A program made the position numbers and the translations under genes. DNA of 62,956 bases, the filler included, from Choristocarpus tenellus KU-1152 (Eukaryota > Protista > Phaeophyceae): NCBI GenBank assembly GCA_964200185.2. It is 12 parts of 12 records of this genome, joined end to end, with 100 filler letters (N's around TTAATTAATTAA, not from the genome) between each part and the next. Parts side by side here need not be neighbours in the genome. Positions count along the whole stretch, not along the records: positions 33,674 to 41,040 come from CAXNAD020006258.1; positions 41,141 to 47,943 come from CAXNAD020007313.1; positions 48,044 to 54,901 come from CAXNAD020007203.1; 9 more parts are not named here. The stretch is one strand, 5' to 3'. The notes below the pieces were generated by a model. The model ran no database searches and was not told the DNA's origin. It saw only the letters and a list, made by a program, of their open reading frames with translations. Positions 36,701-50,329 of this stretch are shown piece after piece (position 1 is the first letter of the stretch; every line of letters begins with the position of its first letter).

Positions 36701-39700
36701 GGCACAAGCTGAAATGCCCTTATGGCAAGCCGGTGAAGGTGCAACCATTGTCGCTTGAGGGTCACCTCTGAGTCAGACAACCTTGAAAGAGAGTAAGATA
36801 AATACGTTAGGGCAATGACTACAAGTGAGGGGGAAAAGGCAGATTATCTTTCATCTCCTCCCTCTTATATCCCCTGGGTTTTGTTCAATGCGAAAGATAT
36901 TCCACATCCATAGCACCAGAATTGATCCTTCTTGCTCTGGAGGCAGGGGTATGTCATGATGCATGATTGGGTTGGAGACACAAGAATATCACAAATTTCA
37001 GCACCTTGTGCACCCTAGCCTTCACTAACACCCTAGTTCATCATTTTCTTGTGCCTAATACTGCCGTTGTTGGGCAGGACTTTTCAGCTGATATAGTCAA
37101 TGTGGTCAGATTGGAACATTGACTGACTTATCAAAAGAAGGAGCAACACAGCAAAATTCAGTCAGCAAAAACTCAATAGAACTAGGATCCGTAAGAATAT
37201 TGTGTGGTGTGGTCTTGGTTTTTTGTCACAAAGAACAGTAACAAAAAAAGGAAACCACCTAAATATTGAAGGCACTTCCTGCCTGGCATGTTTCCACTTG
37301 CGAATCTTCCAGCTTCTCTTCCATGCCAAGGATGTGGAATCTAAAGATCAACAACTTGCCACAACTGTCATGTGCATTCCCTATCCCCAAAATACTCATC
37401 ATCCTGAAGCCTGACCTGGCTACACTACTGATCCCCAGATAATTTGAATGAGTTGCTTAGTGTAGGAGGGTTCCAAATAACACTAAAGGTCTGTACTTGG
37501 TTCGGAAAATAAGTCCTCAGAGCACTTGGTGCAAAATTCTACGCCAAAGTGTACCCTGAGCTACAATGATATCATAACCTTGACATTCAATAGAGCCCCT
37601 CGTGGCCATCTGAGAGTGAGAATTCAACAGTATTCAAAATGTCTCCTCCCTTCTGGAGACTCTTTCCGAGATGTTTGGTGACATTCTTTGGGTCACCCAG
37701 TGCACAACGATTTAAAGAAGTCTAGAGTCCTCAGCAAGTTAATCATGTATAGTAAAGGGAGTTCAAGGCCCTTGTAGGTAAAAGTGCATAGACTCTCGCA
37801 GAACAGGTCTCGGGATTAGAGGAATATATGGGTCACACATAGGGGGAGCACTGGATAAAATCATTGATATCAATGCTCAATTTGCAGCGCTCAGGCATAA
37901 TGTGGTTCAGTTTTGGTTCTCTGCGTGGTGTACCCTCTTACTCACTCGTTAGCCCTGAAGGCTCTGTGATTCGCATCCCTGCCATGCATTCTTTCCCTCT
38001 GGTACACTGATATGCTTCCATTACTGTCCCCCACGTACAGGGTCCATTCATCCCTCCCCGTCACTGCTGCTGCTGTTGGCCAGATGTGCATCAATCTAGT
38101 CTCTGAGGCCTGACTCCTGCCTGACACAATAAGGTTGTCTGTCAGTAATTCCTAGAGTCCAAGATCTAAGGAAGTGGCAATGTTAAGTGCTTGAGGGAAA
38201 ACACTGGAGAGGATTCAGCATGACAGGCAAGGATGGGAGGACTGCCATCAAGGCATGGGGTAAGGTTTAAATCGATATGACCAAGATGATTCCCATCAAT
38301 AGTGAGGTAACACTTAGACTCCGGAGCTAGAGAAAACAATTTCTGTGTATGTTTTTGCTAACTTAATCATTTTGTACCCTATGAAGAAGTGGGATAAAGT
38401 TATGACATGGCATTTTTCCTGATTTACAATACTTTATAGTTCATTTAGTCCTCCCCAAACTTTAACATCAAAGTAGTGTTACTCTCCCTGCTTATTGATG
38501 GAGGCACGGAAGGTGAATATACAGGAAAATATGTGACATCCTTAAAGCATATACTTGAGAATATAATCCGAGAAATATTGGAACAGGTCATAAAGATGTT
38601 ATCAGTCTGAAGCAACAAACCCACCTGCAAACAGCAAATCCGAAGGGCTGGCTGTCCCCATTCGAGAAAACAATCTCAAGGTTTTGACACACAGGAAAAA
38701 GGGATCACGCAAAAACTTGCGCCCTCCTTGGGGTCGCCAGATCCTAATGGTGCCATCTCTGCTTGTGGAGAGTAGGGATGCATCGGTGCAAAACACAAGG
38801 GCTGTTACCCCCCCAGCATGTTGTGCAAGTGTCTGGAGGCACGACTCCTTGCCAGGCGTATCTGTCCAAGCATCCCACACCTTCAAAAGGCAACACGATT
38901 TCAGCATAGTTATAGTCGGCATGGTATTGGTACAGAAGAATTCACCCTGAGAGGAAGGAAGTGCTCTCTGAAAAAGACATCACATATTCAAGATGGACCT
39001 GAAATAGGAAGAAGTGGAGAGCTCCTTGGTGTACTGAAACTTGGGAATAAATTGAGATTTTATGATAAACCCTAGTCGCACGTTAGCCTCTACTCTACCC
39101 CGAAGATTATACTGTTATTCCTCTATCGATTTCAACGCATATACCGCTTCCCTATGCACCCTACGCACAGGCGGTGTACAACCTTGATTGTGTGGTCGAT
39201 TCCCCCACTAAAAAGTAGTGGGCGTCCGATCGATGCGAACGTTCCGGCGTGAGTATGCGCGATACAGCTCACAGGCCCTCTATGAGGTGACAAGGTGATT
39301 AGAGGTTCCTCCCTTCGGTCGTTTTTCTTTGCTCCACCGAACTGATTCCGTTGAACCAGTCTCCAGAGTACTATTGTACCGTTGCTCTTTAGGAAGAGAG
39401 ACGCACACCGTGAGGACAGGACCGTGAGGTGTGAGCCTACAGTGACAAATAGAAGTAGTGTTAAGCGTGGGTAGAGGAAGGTATGGAGCTAGGTTTAAAA
39501 CGATGGCAATGCTCAGTTGACTTCGTTAGACTAGGGAAACCTGTGTTTCCTTCTAACGATACCTTATCATAGATTGCGCTCTATCACTCGATCTCGGCCC
39601 CTTCGCTATCTTCTTCATAGGGAGTTCATAGGTCGTAGAAACAGGGTGCGTCGATGTGTTGGTAAGTCCGAGTGACTAGAGGCTCATGCACATTCCGCAC

Positions 39701-39953
39701 TTCGATACTAAATTTCGAGTCGCTAAACTTCAGTTATGGCACTGGTACACACCCTTCCAGCAAACAGAATGTGGTGACCACTTTGGATCTTCTCGGCAAG
39801 GTCGAAGCACGTGAACCGGTGCTTCCCACACTGGTCGTCAATCTCCTTCTTTGTCAGCATGTAACGTGGTCGGGTCGAGCTGCGTAACCAGTGTACCTGT
39901 CCACTGGCACTCTCACCAGTAAAAGTTAGGATCTCCAATAGGTCGAGCTCCAT
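33773..39953 (-). CDS. WD40-repeat protein, 9 exons, 3'-partial
   Basis: Phase-consistent GT-AG exons: 39953-39753, 39386-39183, 38880-38625, ~38120-37946, 36781-36637, 36511-36377, 36217-36062, 35647-35266, 34862-34666 and 33943-33773 (ten segments counting the first coding exon). Repeated WD motifs: LFSGGIDHTIKVWD, LLSTSRDGTIRIW, LVSSSLDCTVRVWE, ATGIDDGSVRFWN, ASGCYNGDIVLWE, VSGGNNCALHCWD. Confidence 0.9.
34138..34320 (+). mobile_element. MITE, poly-G subfamily, complete copy in a WD40 intron
   Basis: GACTCAAAGTATATGGGAGG ... CCCCCCAGATACTTTAAGCC. The interior is homologous to the GAGTCAAAG subfamily. Partial copies lie at 33674-33693, 40972-41040, 54727-54901 and 59489-59508. Confidence 0.85.
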
Positions 39954-40559
39954 TGTTCCACTTTCCAGACAATGATGAAGTGGTGTTATGTCCCTACCTC
40001 AGTATTATTATTGCGTTCGTGGCAGTTTCGTTGTCGATATTATAATAGGACAAAGAACAAAGAACGGAAACGTAGTTTTCTTAGATGTATTGAAAAAATG
40101 CTAAAGAAGGTTACACCACTATAGCCCGTAGGAAGGTGAGTTCTTCTTGTTTAAGGAGTCACAAAATCAGATACTACAATAGCACAAAACCAGTGGTTTA
40201 AGTAGGAAGATGGATGAGTGGAGATTGAAATTGAAGGTACTCTGGACTAGATGACGTTGTTGGGTGTGGATGTTACATTACTAACTTACTGGTGTAGTAA
40301 AAGAGTTACTTGGTGGTATTACTGTACTAGCATATGTAGGAGGGATGACAATAGTCTAGTAGAAGAGACAGGGTTGTAGATTCAAGGCGTGCATGTGAGG
40401 TGATACTATGTGTGTCTGTGATGATGTATGCTACAACTTATTCTAACCTTCGAAGTACCTCGGAATACTACATAGCATGACGATAGTAGTGTTCAGAAAT
40501 GGGTGAGCCTGAGAAAGTTATTCGATTCCATCAATGTCAAGCACGACGTTAGATGAAGT

Positions 40560-40900
40560 GTTCAATCCCAAGTGAAGCATTGTGTGTATTTGGCTTGACC
40601 AAGCCATGGGCAAGACAGTCCAAGAGGTCTTCCTTCAGCCTTACCACACATCCCACATCTGTCCGTGGTCAAAGTGACAGAGTACATCCAAAATATATAG
40701 GTAAGGTACAGGTATTTAGCCCCCATGGAACTGGCTTCTTCATCTCTAAGGGCCACAAAATTAAATACCAGCACCAAATCAGTCATCAATGTAGGGTTGA
40801 GGCGGTGAAGTTCGAAGCTGAAGGATCAGCGTTGTGATTCTAAATCAGATAATGATGTTAAGTCCTACGTAGACGATGGAACACACCACTATGTAGTACC
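40560..40900 (-). mobile_element. Possible Copia RT remnant
   Basis: Minus-strand PYIDD*FGAG resembles LYVDDLLIAG, in a heavily decayed context. Confidence 0.35.
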
Positions 40901-42567
40901 CAGCTTGTCAAGTGATTGATTGAGCTTACGACAGAATTGAATGCTTAGGAAATCAGATTGAAGATCTCTTCGGGTCAAAGTATCTTGGGGGGGGTGCCGG
41001 CGTCCGTTTTTCACCCTTTTTTCGATTTTCACTTTTTTGGNNNNNNNNNNNNNNNNNNNNNNNNNNNNNNNNNNNNNNNNNNNNTTAATTAATTAANNNN
41101 NNNNNNNNNNNNNNNNNNNNNNNNNNNNNNNNNNNNNNNNAAGACTGTTTTCGCAAAACAACCATCCTCATAGTCCCGCTCCATCCTCAATTTTGCGAAT
41201 CCCCTGTTACTTGTCCTGTTTTGATCTTTAACTTGTTGACGTTAAATCTATAGCGTTAAGGAAAGAAAAGTATCTGCCACAAGCACATCTTATTTTTTTC
41301 AGGAGGACATGTGTTCGACAAACTTAGCATACAACATCAAGGTGTATATTTGAAGACACAAAATGGATATCTCTATGTATCAGGTTTCGTTGTTAGCCAA
41401 CGTCTTTCTTTGGTCTGCTGATTCATGATGAGATGAACAAACCTCAGACTCTGATTCCTCTATTTTGTTTCCTCTCCTGTTTTGACTTTTGTCATCATAC
41501 TTTGTATGTGGGAGGGATAACCCTGCAAATGGATGCCCAAAGTTTCCAGAGGATCAAGGTATACAAATCGCTATAGAAATGTCCATAGTGAGGGCCTTGT
41601 GTGTGACTTGCCATTGCTCAAGGCAGGAAAATAATATGTTGACACCATGATCCTTCTGTTTTTTTTCGAATCAATGAATTGTTTCGATTCACAGCAATAT
41701 CCAGGACACAACACCCACTACATCTGGAATAGTACGTTACGGACACACCAGGCCATACTGCGGATGAGTGAACCATCCTCAACCTCGACCTTGCTGTGTG
41801 GAACCACTGTACAATGTTCAACACCCAGTAGTGTGTTACCAACCTCAATAAGTGGGGACCCACGCACCCATCCACTCTGTGACACACACCTCAGGCAAAG
41901 TTCTGATCAATACGAGGACATGACCTGTATTTTTCTAGAGCTTTCCTCCCTTGTGCTGCACCTTTCACACTTGACCTACTTGCTAAAACAATCGCTTTAC
42001 ATGGAAGTTCCAGCACAACATTGAGAGAAAATAGGGACACTAAGTATACCTTACCATGGCCGAAAGGTGGGTTTGGTTTAACCTGAACTTCCATCGATAT
42101 GATGATGAATGTAAGATGGTGTGCATGGACGTTATGCGCCAACATGCTCACCAGGCTTTCTAGATAACATTCCTATTGACTCCACTCCCACTGCTTGCCT
42201 TACACCTTCTTAGCTCTCACATTCATGCTACCCCAAACATAGTAATACAGAGACCAGTAATAAACGGTACCATAAAAATTGTTCTTGCTTTTTGCAACTA
42301 ATGCATCCAACCAAGGGAGCAAAGAGTTCACAAGCTCGAAAACAAACTCTGATGTACAGCATCCACGCCAGGTACATGATATAGTAAAAATACACCTACA
42401 CTGAAAAAGGGAACGAGGTCCAAATGTAATGTATTGTATAAACAAAAAATATAAAGTAAAAGCTCAACCACAAACGAACTCCAACAACACCATGTACTGC
42501 TCGATAGCCGGCATAGCTAGTGAAGACTACAATTGTACAAGAAAAAACGAGTTCAGAGTCGTTTGAA

Positions 42568-43095
42568 CTATTGGGAGCATACATTAGGCAATACAGAAGT
42601 TTCTTTGACCTCCACATCAAGGTCAATGGCATCAGGCAAGAAGACAGCTTCCTCCACCTTGGCAACAACGTCAGTGATTTCAGGCGACTGAGATGTTTCT
42701 TCCACCCCTTCCACCCCTTCCACCTCTTCTACCTCTTCCACCTCGGGTGTTATTTCAACTGCCAGTACTGGTTCCGAGACCATCCTGTCAGGGGCACTAA
42801 CAGTGGAAGTATTGACATTGTCATCAACGGACCCTGTGAGGGAGAGGACCGAGGCACCATGATGAGGGAAGGGGAAGTTGGTCCTGGACTTGAACCCGTG
42901 CACATCTCACGACTAGGCAGAGTGTTCCATTACTTTTTTTTTCTCTCTTCAAGAATAGGGCGAAATGCTGAAGGGATACCAAGAACACTTCACTAAAGAA
43001 CTACATAACTTCAGCCAAGTGCACGGTATACATCCAGCAAGCACAAATTTACTGTACCCGTCAACCTACCAGGGTAGATTATATGATATGTACTA

Positions 43096-43128
<33 letters not shown>

Positions 43129-46100
43129 TGTCATCTTTTCACTTCAAGTACCAGAAAGGATCAAAAGGAGAGGGGTCACAACCAGCTCAGTCCAAGCATA
43201 GTTTTACCTTTAGTAGGATGAACTGATTTTACCCTCGCTGCAGAAAAATAAGAGACCCCTAGAGGAGACCGAGGTCGTAGCCCAGATGGTAGGAGCTGGG
43301 GATCAAACGCCCGAGGATTTCCCAGCTGTATCTGTCACGTGTTCAGAAAGTGAGCATTCACAGGAGTTCATCAGGTAAGACTCATTTTCATCAGGACCAA
43401 AGAAAAGCACTTTCACAGATTTGATTGCACCCATGTATTCCATGATCGAGATTTTATTTAGTTGGTGATGTTGATTGTGTGCACAACTTCGAGGTTCAAA
43501 CGTTCAGGTGGAGCTATGCCAGGGGTTGCAAAAGGGAGCATCCACCACACATCTGTATGGTAAAGCAATGCAATACCTGCTTCTAAGCAATTACATTACG
43601 TGACGTGAGCATACTCGTTGCTCAGATTTCAAGAGGCCAGCATTACGTCGAAGATATTTCTTGGTTTCAACCTGCTAGCTCTGCAATTGAGATATCACTG
43701 TCACACTGGGAGAGACGGTTGCGTAACTGTCTACTCCCATGGAACCACAGAGTCTCGTTATTTGATGTCTCTCAGGGAAATCTGGTTCCTAAGGTCCAAG
43801 GTTCACACGGCAAGTATACTACAGAACGGACATTTGCTACCCGACATTGTATCCTGTCAGTTACTGACTACACAACAAAACACGACCTTGAAATGTGATG
43901 GTAAGGTTTTCACTGCGGAGTACCCCCGAGGCCGTGCAATCCATCATAGTGCGTGAGAGTTAGGTGGTATGACACAAAGTGCGGCCACAGTTTATTAGTG
44001 CCTCTGACTATGGCTCAGCCAGGTATGAGGTTGAGTCGAAGGTAATAATAGGAGGTTGTACAAATGCTCTTGTTTTGCCTATGGATCTGGACACTGTGTA
44101 CGAAGCATGGGAATATACTTTGGAGTAGAATAATTATATCTGTCGGTAACTGCTGCCCTTGAAGTATAGTGTCGAAATAGACGACCGTTGACCCTGCAGC
44201 TGGCAAATACAGAGCAATTTTGTGGGGCTTTGCATATTGAATCATGTTGACACTACTAATCATGATAGAGAAGGTGTCATCAGGGTAGAGTAAAGGGTGC
44301 GCTGTAGAACAACAGACCTGTATGGTGAGGGACAGAGAGGCAAAGAGAGGATCTCATAGCAACAACCATGTCTCCGATAATCGCAAACTCTTCCTGAAGC
44401 AATGCAGGCCTATATTACAGTTTACCAGATATTGTCCCCATAAGGTATCGAGAAAATTTACCACCAGAGAAAACAACAAAGACACTGCCCACAACCAAAT
44501 ACCCACTCACGACGACTCAAGCGAATCAAGAAAATCTCAAAAACGAATCAACTAAAAAGTAAGATCAATATCTATCGAACACAACCTCTCTGCCAATTCC
44601 TGCTGCTGTAATTAGTTCCTGTGAGGGAGATAGATGCTCTCACCCTGCATACGTTGCCAGTAGATCGCCTTCTGACAGGGGGATTGAATGCTGGGTTATT
44701 TTGATTTCGGCGCTTTTGCTCGATGGCAGCCACGCAGCTTGAAACCTTTCCAGCGACTGTGGGAACATGATCCTTGACTGTGTGAGGAGAAATTTTCAAG
44801 TAGAAGTGATCAAACAGCACGCCACAGTAATGGCAGGGGAGAGTCTGGCTTTAAGAAGAGTGTTGACACTCATCCAAACACAATGAGTGTCGCCAAAGGT
44901 GTGAGCTGTATACACACTCTGTATTGCTAGTGGTTAGAGCGATAAGTTGACCTTCTGAGATGTGGGAGAGGTGAGAAAAAAGAGAGCCAGAAAATCAGAA
45001 GCGTATCCTCTTACTGAGGGTCACCACATTTACAGCCTAAGAAAGTACCTCAAAACTGATCATAAACAGTGCACGTATCCGAACTTTAATATGGTAAGAG
45101 ATCAGCAAGATGTACATTGATGATGGGAAACATGTGGCCAAAATTTCAGGCACACGATGAGCAAATAAAACTGGAGAATTCCAATTAGAGCTAAGGGGAA
45201 AGATCGTGATCCTCCAAGGATCAAAACCAAGATGGAGTCAGTACATTCAAGAATACCAATTGCAAATCCCAACAGGGGATGGGGGGACGAGGGCAAGGAC
45301 GTGTCATGGCTGTCATCAATCGTACTCAACCATGCTACATATCACATGCAACACACTGACATCAAATCAAATTCAGACAGCTCTTTCTTGAACCTAGTGA
45401 TCTGAATCTACAATCTGAAGTATGTCCAGATGTTCACAACACTAGATGCGTACCTCTTGTAAAACGTTACGTTTGTGCAAGTACGTTTTTCAGCGTGCAA
45501 ATACTGGTAAGTACAAGAGACATAACAGTAGTAGGCTAGCTTGTGACTTGCCAAACACGATGGCAGCAAAGATTCAGGTCGACAGAGGTCATAGAACGGG
45601 TGGAATAAGAATTGAACTACCTGTAGAGAAGTTTAACAAAAAAACATCGTACTCGCTTAGAAACAACATCTCACTTGGAAGAACGTTTGTCACGCCTGAC
45701 TTGGTTTCATTTAGAAGGGAAGTCGCCCGCACAATTTCCTCCACCTTTACAGCCACTGAGGGCATGGAAGCCGGCACATGTAGTCCAGGAGATGCACAGG
45801 TGGTGAATTCTGGCAAGAGACAGCCATCCTCTCCAACTTCAGGGACAGGCCTCTCAGTCATCGGAGGGGCAACAACCTCTGAATAGGTGGGTGGGTCCTC
45901 TAGACTGGTTTCACAAGATGAAGGATCTGCCAAACTCCGAAATCGTTCATGGTCATCAGCTGGTGCCAATACTGCGGGGACTCCATCTTCCATTAGAGGG
46001 ATAATCACCCACAGGAGCCGCAAGGATAAATGCCTCAGAGTGAGATGCATAGTACTATAAAGTTGATGCATTGATCAATTTATCACTGCCTGGAGAGTGA

Positions 46101-47128
46101 GGAAGAAAGGCGTTGCTTTTGCAAGCCATCAACTGCTGAAATATCCCTCTTGCAGGAACGACTGGCGTTCCCCTATGTATTACGCACAAACCAAATATAT
46201 ATATATATATATATTTGTGATTAATCCTTGTGATGAGACCCTGTTAGCTGCCAAAACTCAGCACCTTGCAAGATGACCAACCTATGCAGTTAATTTTTTC
46301 TGCGACAAGTTGAAAACAACATGCCTAGTGACTTCAAAGTCTGTAGTTTCCAGATGATTGAAGAATTATGCTAAAATTGTAGGTTTACGTACCTTCTCTC
46401 AGGTTTCGACCCGCAAAAAATTTCGAGAGGTCTTCAGTCACTGGGTCGAGCAGCGGAAATATTCTCTAACAATAGGCCCTGCAGATATTTTGCTCTCAAG
46501 ATGAAGTTTCGCCAAGACTCACCATCAATATATGCTGCAACATTGACTTTGCCAATGAGTCTCTGGGGTGGATCCTCAAACTTCATTTCCTCGTTCCCAT
46601 CATCCCCAGAAACACTACCACCGGTGCCGTTTGATCTGGGAGAAGTGCAGGCTGAGATTCCTTGACCAGTTACTCCGTTCTCATCTATTGGTGCACGACC
46701 ATGATCAGTGTTGGCTGTCGAAGGCGCATCTTCTCTGGCTGAGAAAGTTACGAGCAAGAGGAAATGGTTGGTAAAAAAGTTGACTGCCTGTGATGAGAGC
46801 GAATGGAAACACAACCTAATTCAACGATATAGTTTTTTCTCCGAGATCTCAACTTGACTGAAAGGTACAGACTGAAGGGTAGGGGCTACCCACTAAGGGC
46901 ATTTACGAGGCAGTTTTCACAATCATAATGACAACCTCCAACACGGGTTTGTTGGAACATACGATCTATAGACACTTCAGATGTGTTACCTGTAGTGACA
47001 GTCTTAAATGACAAGGGTTTCATTCTTTCCTCTCGAGGAGGTGGTGTCTCCAGAGCACGTCCCATGTCGTCATCCAGATCATCATCCCTCCGAAAGCATG
47101 AATTGCTCTTGGAAGCTGCGCATCCCAT
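42568..47128 (-). CDS. Uncharacterised low-complexity protein with N-terminal MGCxxS dual-acylation motif
   Basis: Phase-consistent candidate exons: 47128-46990, 46738-46523, 45986-45675, 44777-44644, 43331-43208 and 42833-42568 (TAG). It starts MGCAASK and is Pro/Ser/Glu-rich with an EVEEVEEVEGVEGVEE repeat near the C-terminus. No recognisable folded domain. Confidence 0.65.
43097..43126. repeat. (TG)n microsatellite
   Basis: Seen directly. Other microsatellites: (CT)n ~35776-35800, (TA)n ~46195-46213 and ~48579-48600, (CA)n ~60479-60508. Confidence 0.95.
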
Positions 47129-47858
47129 CTGGATTCACCAGTAATATACAAGGAAATGTGGATGGTGTTTAGGCTTCCGATCACATCCGAACCCCAAGAG
47201 ATCGAGAGGTGAAAATTGATTGGACCTGATCAAAGATTCCAAAGCTCAACGCTTACCTTTCCTCCACCTCTCTATACCTTCAAGTTTGGTGAAGGGGTAG
47301 GTTTATCTTCAACGGTACGTGATGTTCGGTTAGATGACAAACGAACAGGCAAGGGGTAAGGGATGTACAGGTCCAGTAGGTACTATTCTGCTGTTGCACA
47401 GATCACCAAAATTTCAGTTGTTCTTTGAGTCTCTCTTCTCAGATATTTCAGTAAAATATATATGTTCTTCATCCAAATTTTTGAACAAAATACAGTGTTT
47501 TAATGAGATCATTATACATTATTTATTGTATACCCATCAAACAATTTAGTATATTGTATTCTAAGAAATAATTATACTGTTTGGTGTGAATACTATAAAT
47601 AAAATATAATTCTTGCAACTGTTTTGTATGTCTATTGAATGCTCACTACACACAAAACCAGGATTTTCCAGATGTTATGCAACTAATCAATAACCTATCT
47701 TGTAGATGAAACTGATTAAAAATATTTACAGTAGATAGAAATATCATTATATTTTTGGAATATTGATAGCATTTTTTTATACTAAATAGTAAATAGTTTT
47801 TGGAGAGATATTTTTTACGTTTACCACAACCTTTATTTTCACACTGGATATTCCAATA

Positions 47859-47943
47859 CAGTACCTACCCCGATTTTGTGCACTCATGGGCATGCCCCAA
47901 AAAAGCGGCACAGAATCTATATGGTATAATATCGATTTTGCAG
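47859..47943 (+). mobile_element. pogo-like terminal inverted repeat (element end at contig break)
   Basis: TA|CAGTACCTACCCCGATTTTGTGC resembles the terminus at 18607 and is the reverse complement of the gcacaaaatcgggg motif at ~18732. Confidence 0.55.
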
Positions 47944-48825
47944 NNNNNNNNNNNNNNNNNNNNNNNNNNNNNNNNNNNNNNNNNNNNTTAATTAATTAAN
48001 NNNNNNNNNNNNNNNNNNNNNNNNNNNNNNNNNNNNNNNNNNNGAGTGCAGACCTGGGGTGATGAGGGAGGGGGTGGGGGTGGGCGGAGACAGTGTGGTG
48101 AGGAAGGAGGGGGGGAGGACTGTGATCGTTGCAAGACCTTGCTTGGGGAAAGGAAAGCAGTGCAGGTGGGTTATTTGTTTGGAAGGCATTCATTGGTGTT
48201 TGTTTTGGGGGGCAGTGCAGGGGATGGGGGAGGCAGGAGTTGTTTGTCAAGGAGAAGGGAAGGGGGTTGGAAGTGAGATATCTAAGGTCTGGTAGCATCT
48301 TACGTTTTATAGTTTGCAGAAGTAGCATCATTATTTTGTTCCTTTATTTTTTTTAATCACTTTAAAAATGCAGTTTTTTCTTGTCTTATTTGCATGTACC
48401 TGATTTGAAGAAATGGAATCGTTTAGATAGACCAGACGCAGCACCAACGAGGCTACTGCTACTGTAGATATAAGGCTATCCAATACTGTGGGATTCATGT
48501 AGCTTCCTCCATACCTCAATCCTATCTCTCCCGAATATCCTCTTAAAATCTACATCTATACATATATAGAAAATATAAATATATATATATATATATATAT
48601 GATGAGCACTAATCAAGGGAAAACATTGCAACCCACAAGGCTTGCTTCACTACCTTGAGACTCCTGCTGGTGGTGTATCTTGCATACTCTTCTCCAATGG
48701 TGCCTCAAGACAGTATACTTATAATAGCCCTCTTGACATCTACATATACTCGCATTTCATTTTTCAGAAGATTACGCCAGATTCCTACGGCTCTAAGTTC
48801 GCAATTGAGTACACGGAGGATTGCA

Positions 48826-49535
48826 GATCCAACACGATCCTTTGCCCGTTTCACCTGTGTCCAATCTTGTCAAGATTCCAACAGGCAACTTGAGTAGCAG
48901 TTAATTGCGATTAGGCACACAGTGGCAGTTACACAAGTATTGGAAGGATTCAAGCCGCTTTCTGTCCGTTTCACCTGTCCAATCGTCTGCACAAGACTCA
49001 CCAGCTTGTCGAACAGCAAGATCTATAATCAGGCACACAGTACTAGTTACACAGCCATTGAAAGGAACTAAAACCGTTTTCTGTCCATCTCACCTGTCCG
49101 TTCTGCACAAGATACCAACCAGCAACTTGAGCAGCAACATTGTCAGTTTGGCAAATGGCATCAGCTACATATCCATAGGGAAAATCTGTAACCATCTTCT
49201 GTCAATCTAACCTTTCCGTTCTGCACAAAGTAATAACAGGCAACTTGAGCAGCAACGTTTCCAATTAGGCACAAAGGCATAGTTACGCGACCGTTGGAAG
49301 GATCCAAAACATTTTCCTGGCCGTTTTCGCCTGTCCAGCTTGCTCTAGATACCCACCGAAACTTATCAGGCAGCAAGATGCAGCGGGGCACTCAGTGACA
49401 ATAACTGTTGCAAGGATCCGAAACCATTTTCTGTTCGCCTCGCCTATTCAATTTGTACAAGATACCCGCCACCTTAACGACCACCAACATATGCAATTTG
49501 GCACACACTAGTGGGTGCAAACATTGGATGGATCC
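48826..49535. repeat. Degenerate ~110-120-bp tandem array, ~6 units
   Basis: Recurrent gatcc..aacc.ttttctgtccgtttcacctgtcc...caaga...caacttgagcagcaa...ggcacac...ttggaag, with units starting near 48826, 48947, 49065, 49184, 49301 and 49415. Confidence 0.85.
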
Positions 49536-50329
49536 AGTCGAAAATATATGGCGATGTGTGTGGAATTAATCCGAGTTGTTCCCATAACAGGCACTAGGGA
49601 TTGTACACTGTTACTATCCTATCTGTTACTATTCCACAAGAAGAACACTGGACCAAGAACCAGGTGGCAACGCTCTATTGCCCCGGGATTTCCAGGGGGG
49701 GGTAGAATAAGATTCGACGAAGACAGAGGAGAAACGAGCAGTGTATGACATAGTGTGAACACCAAATTTCATCAACTTTTTGAAACCTTGCGTTCACACT
49801 TCCTCCTCGACTTTTAGAAGTGGGTGATACATGACGCTTCAAAACAAAATGTATAAAATATGCTACAAAACATTTACTCAAACTCTATAATGTCGCGTCC
49901 GTGTCTGTTTTCTTCATGGAGAGGTCCACCAACCTCTCTGACCTTAATCCCTCTTCATTTTCCCCAACAATCTCGACTTGAGGTCATTCCCTGGACTATC
50001 TCCTTGACTGTTCCAAATTAAGAGCGCCGACCAATGATGAAAAGGATTTCTACCTGTCGCATTCGAGTATCGGGGCTTTCTGGACATATCGCAATACCAG
50101 TCTGTGGCATTGGAGATAGTGCACCTCCTTTGGAATGGTCTTGTCTGTCCCCTTCCCCCCCTTACTTTTCCCGCGTTGAGGCTAGATAGGTGGCAAATGA
50201 GGAGTGCTCCCTGCAATCTCGTCTGTTCCATACCAATACTCTCCTATGTTGGAGGCTCGTAGGTTGTAGGTGCGATGCATTGGTATGTCACATCACAACG
50301 CGTCTGGCGACCTGGACGCTAATAGTTGA

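Noticed and set aside
48826-49535. CRISPR-like repeat-spacer array
   Set aside because: Whole units are homologous, there are no unique spacers or cas genes, and the context is eukaryotic.
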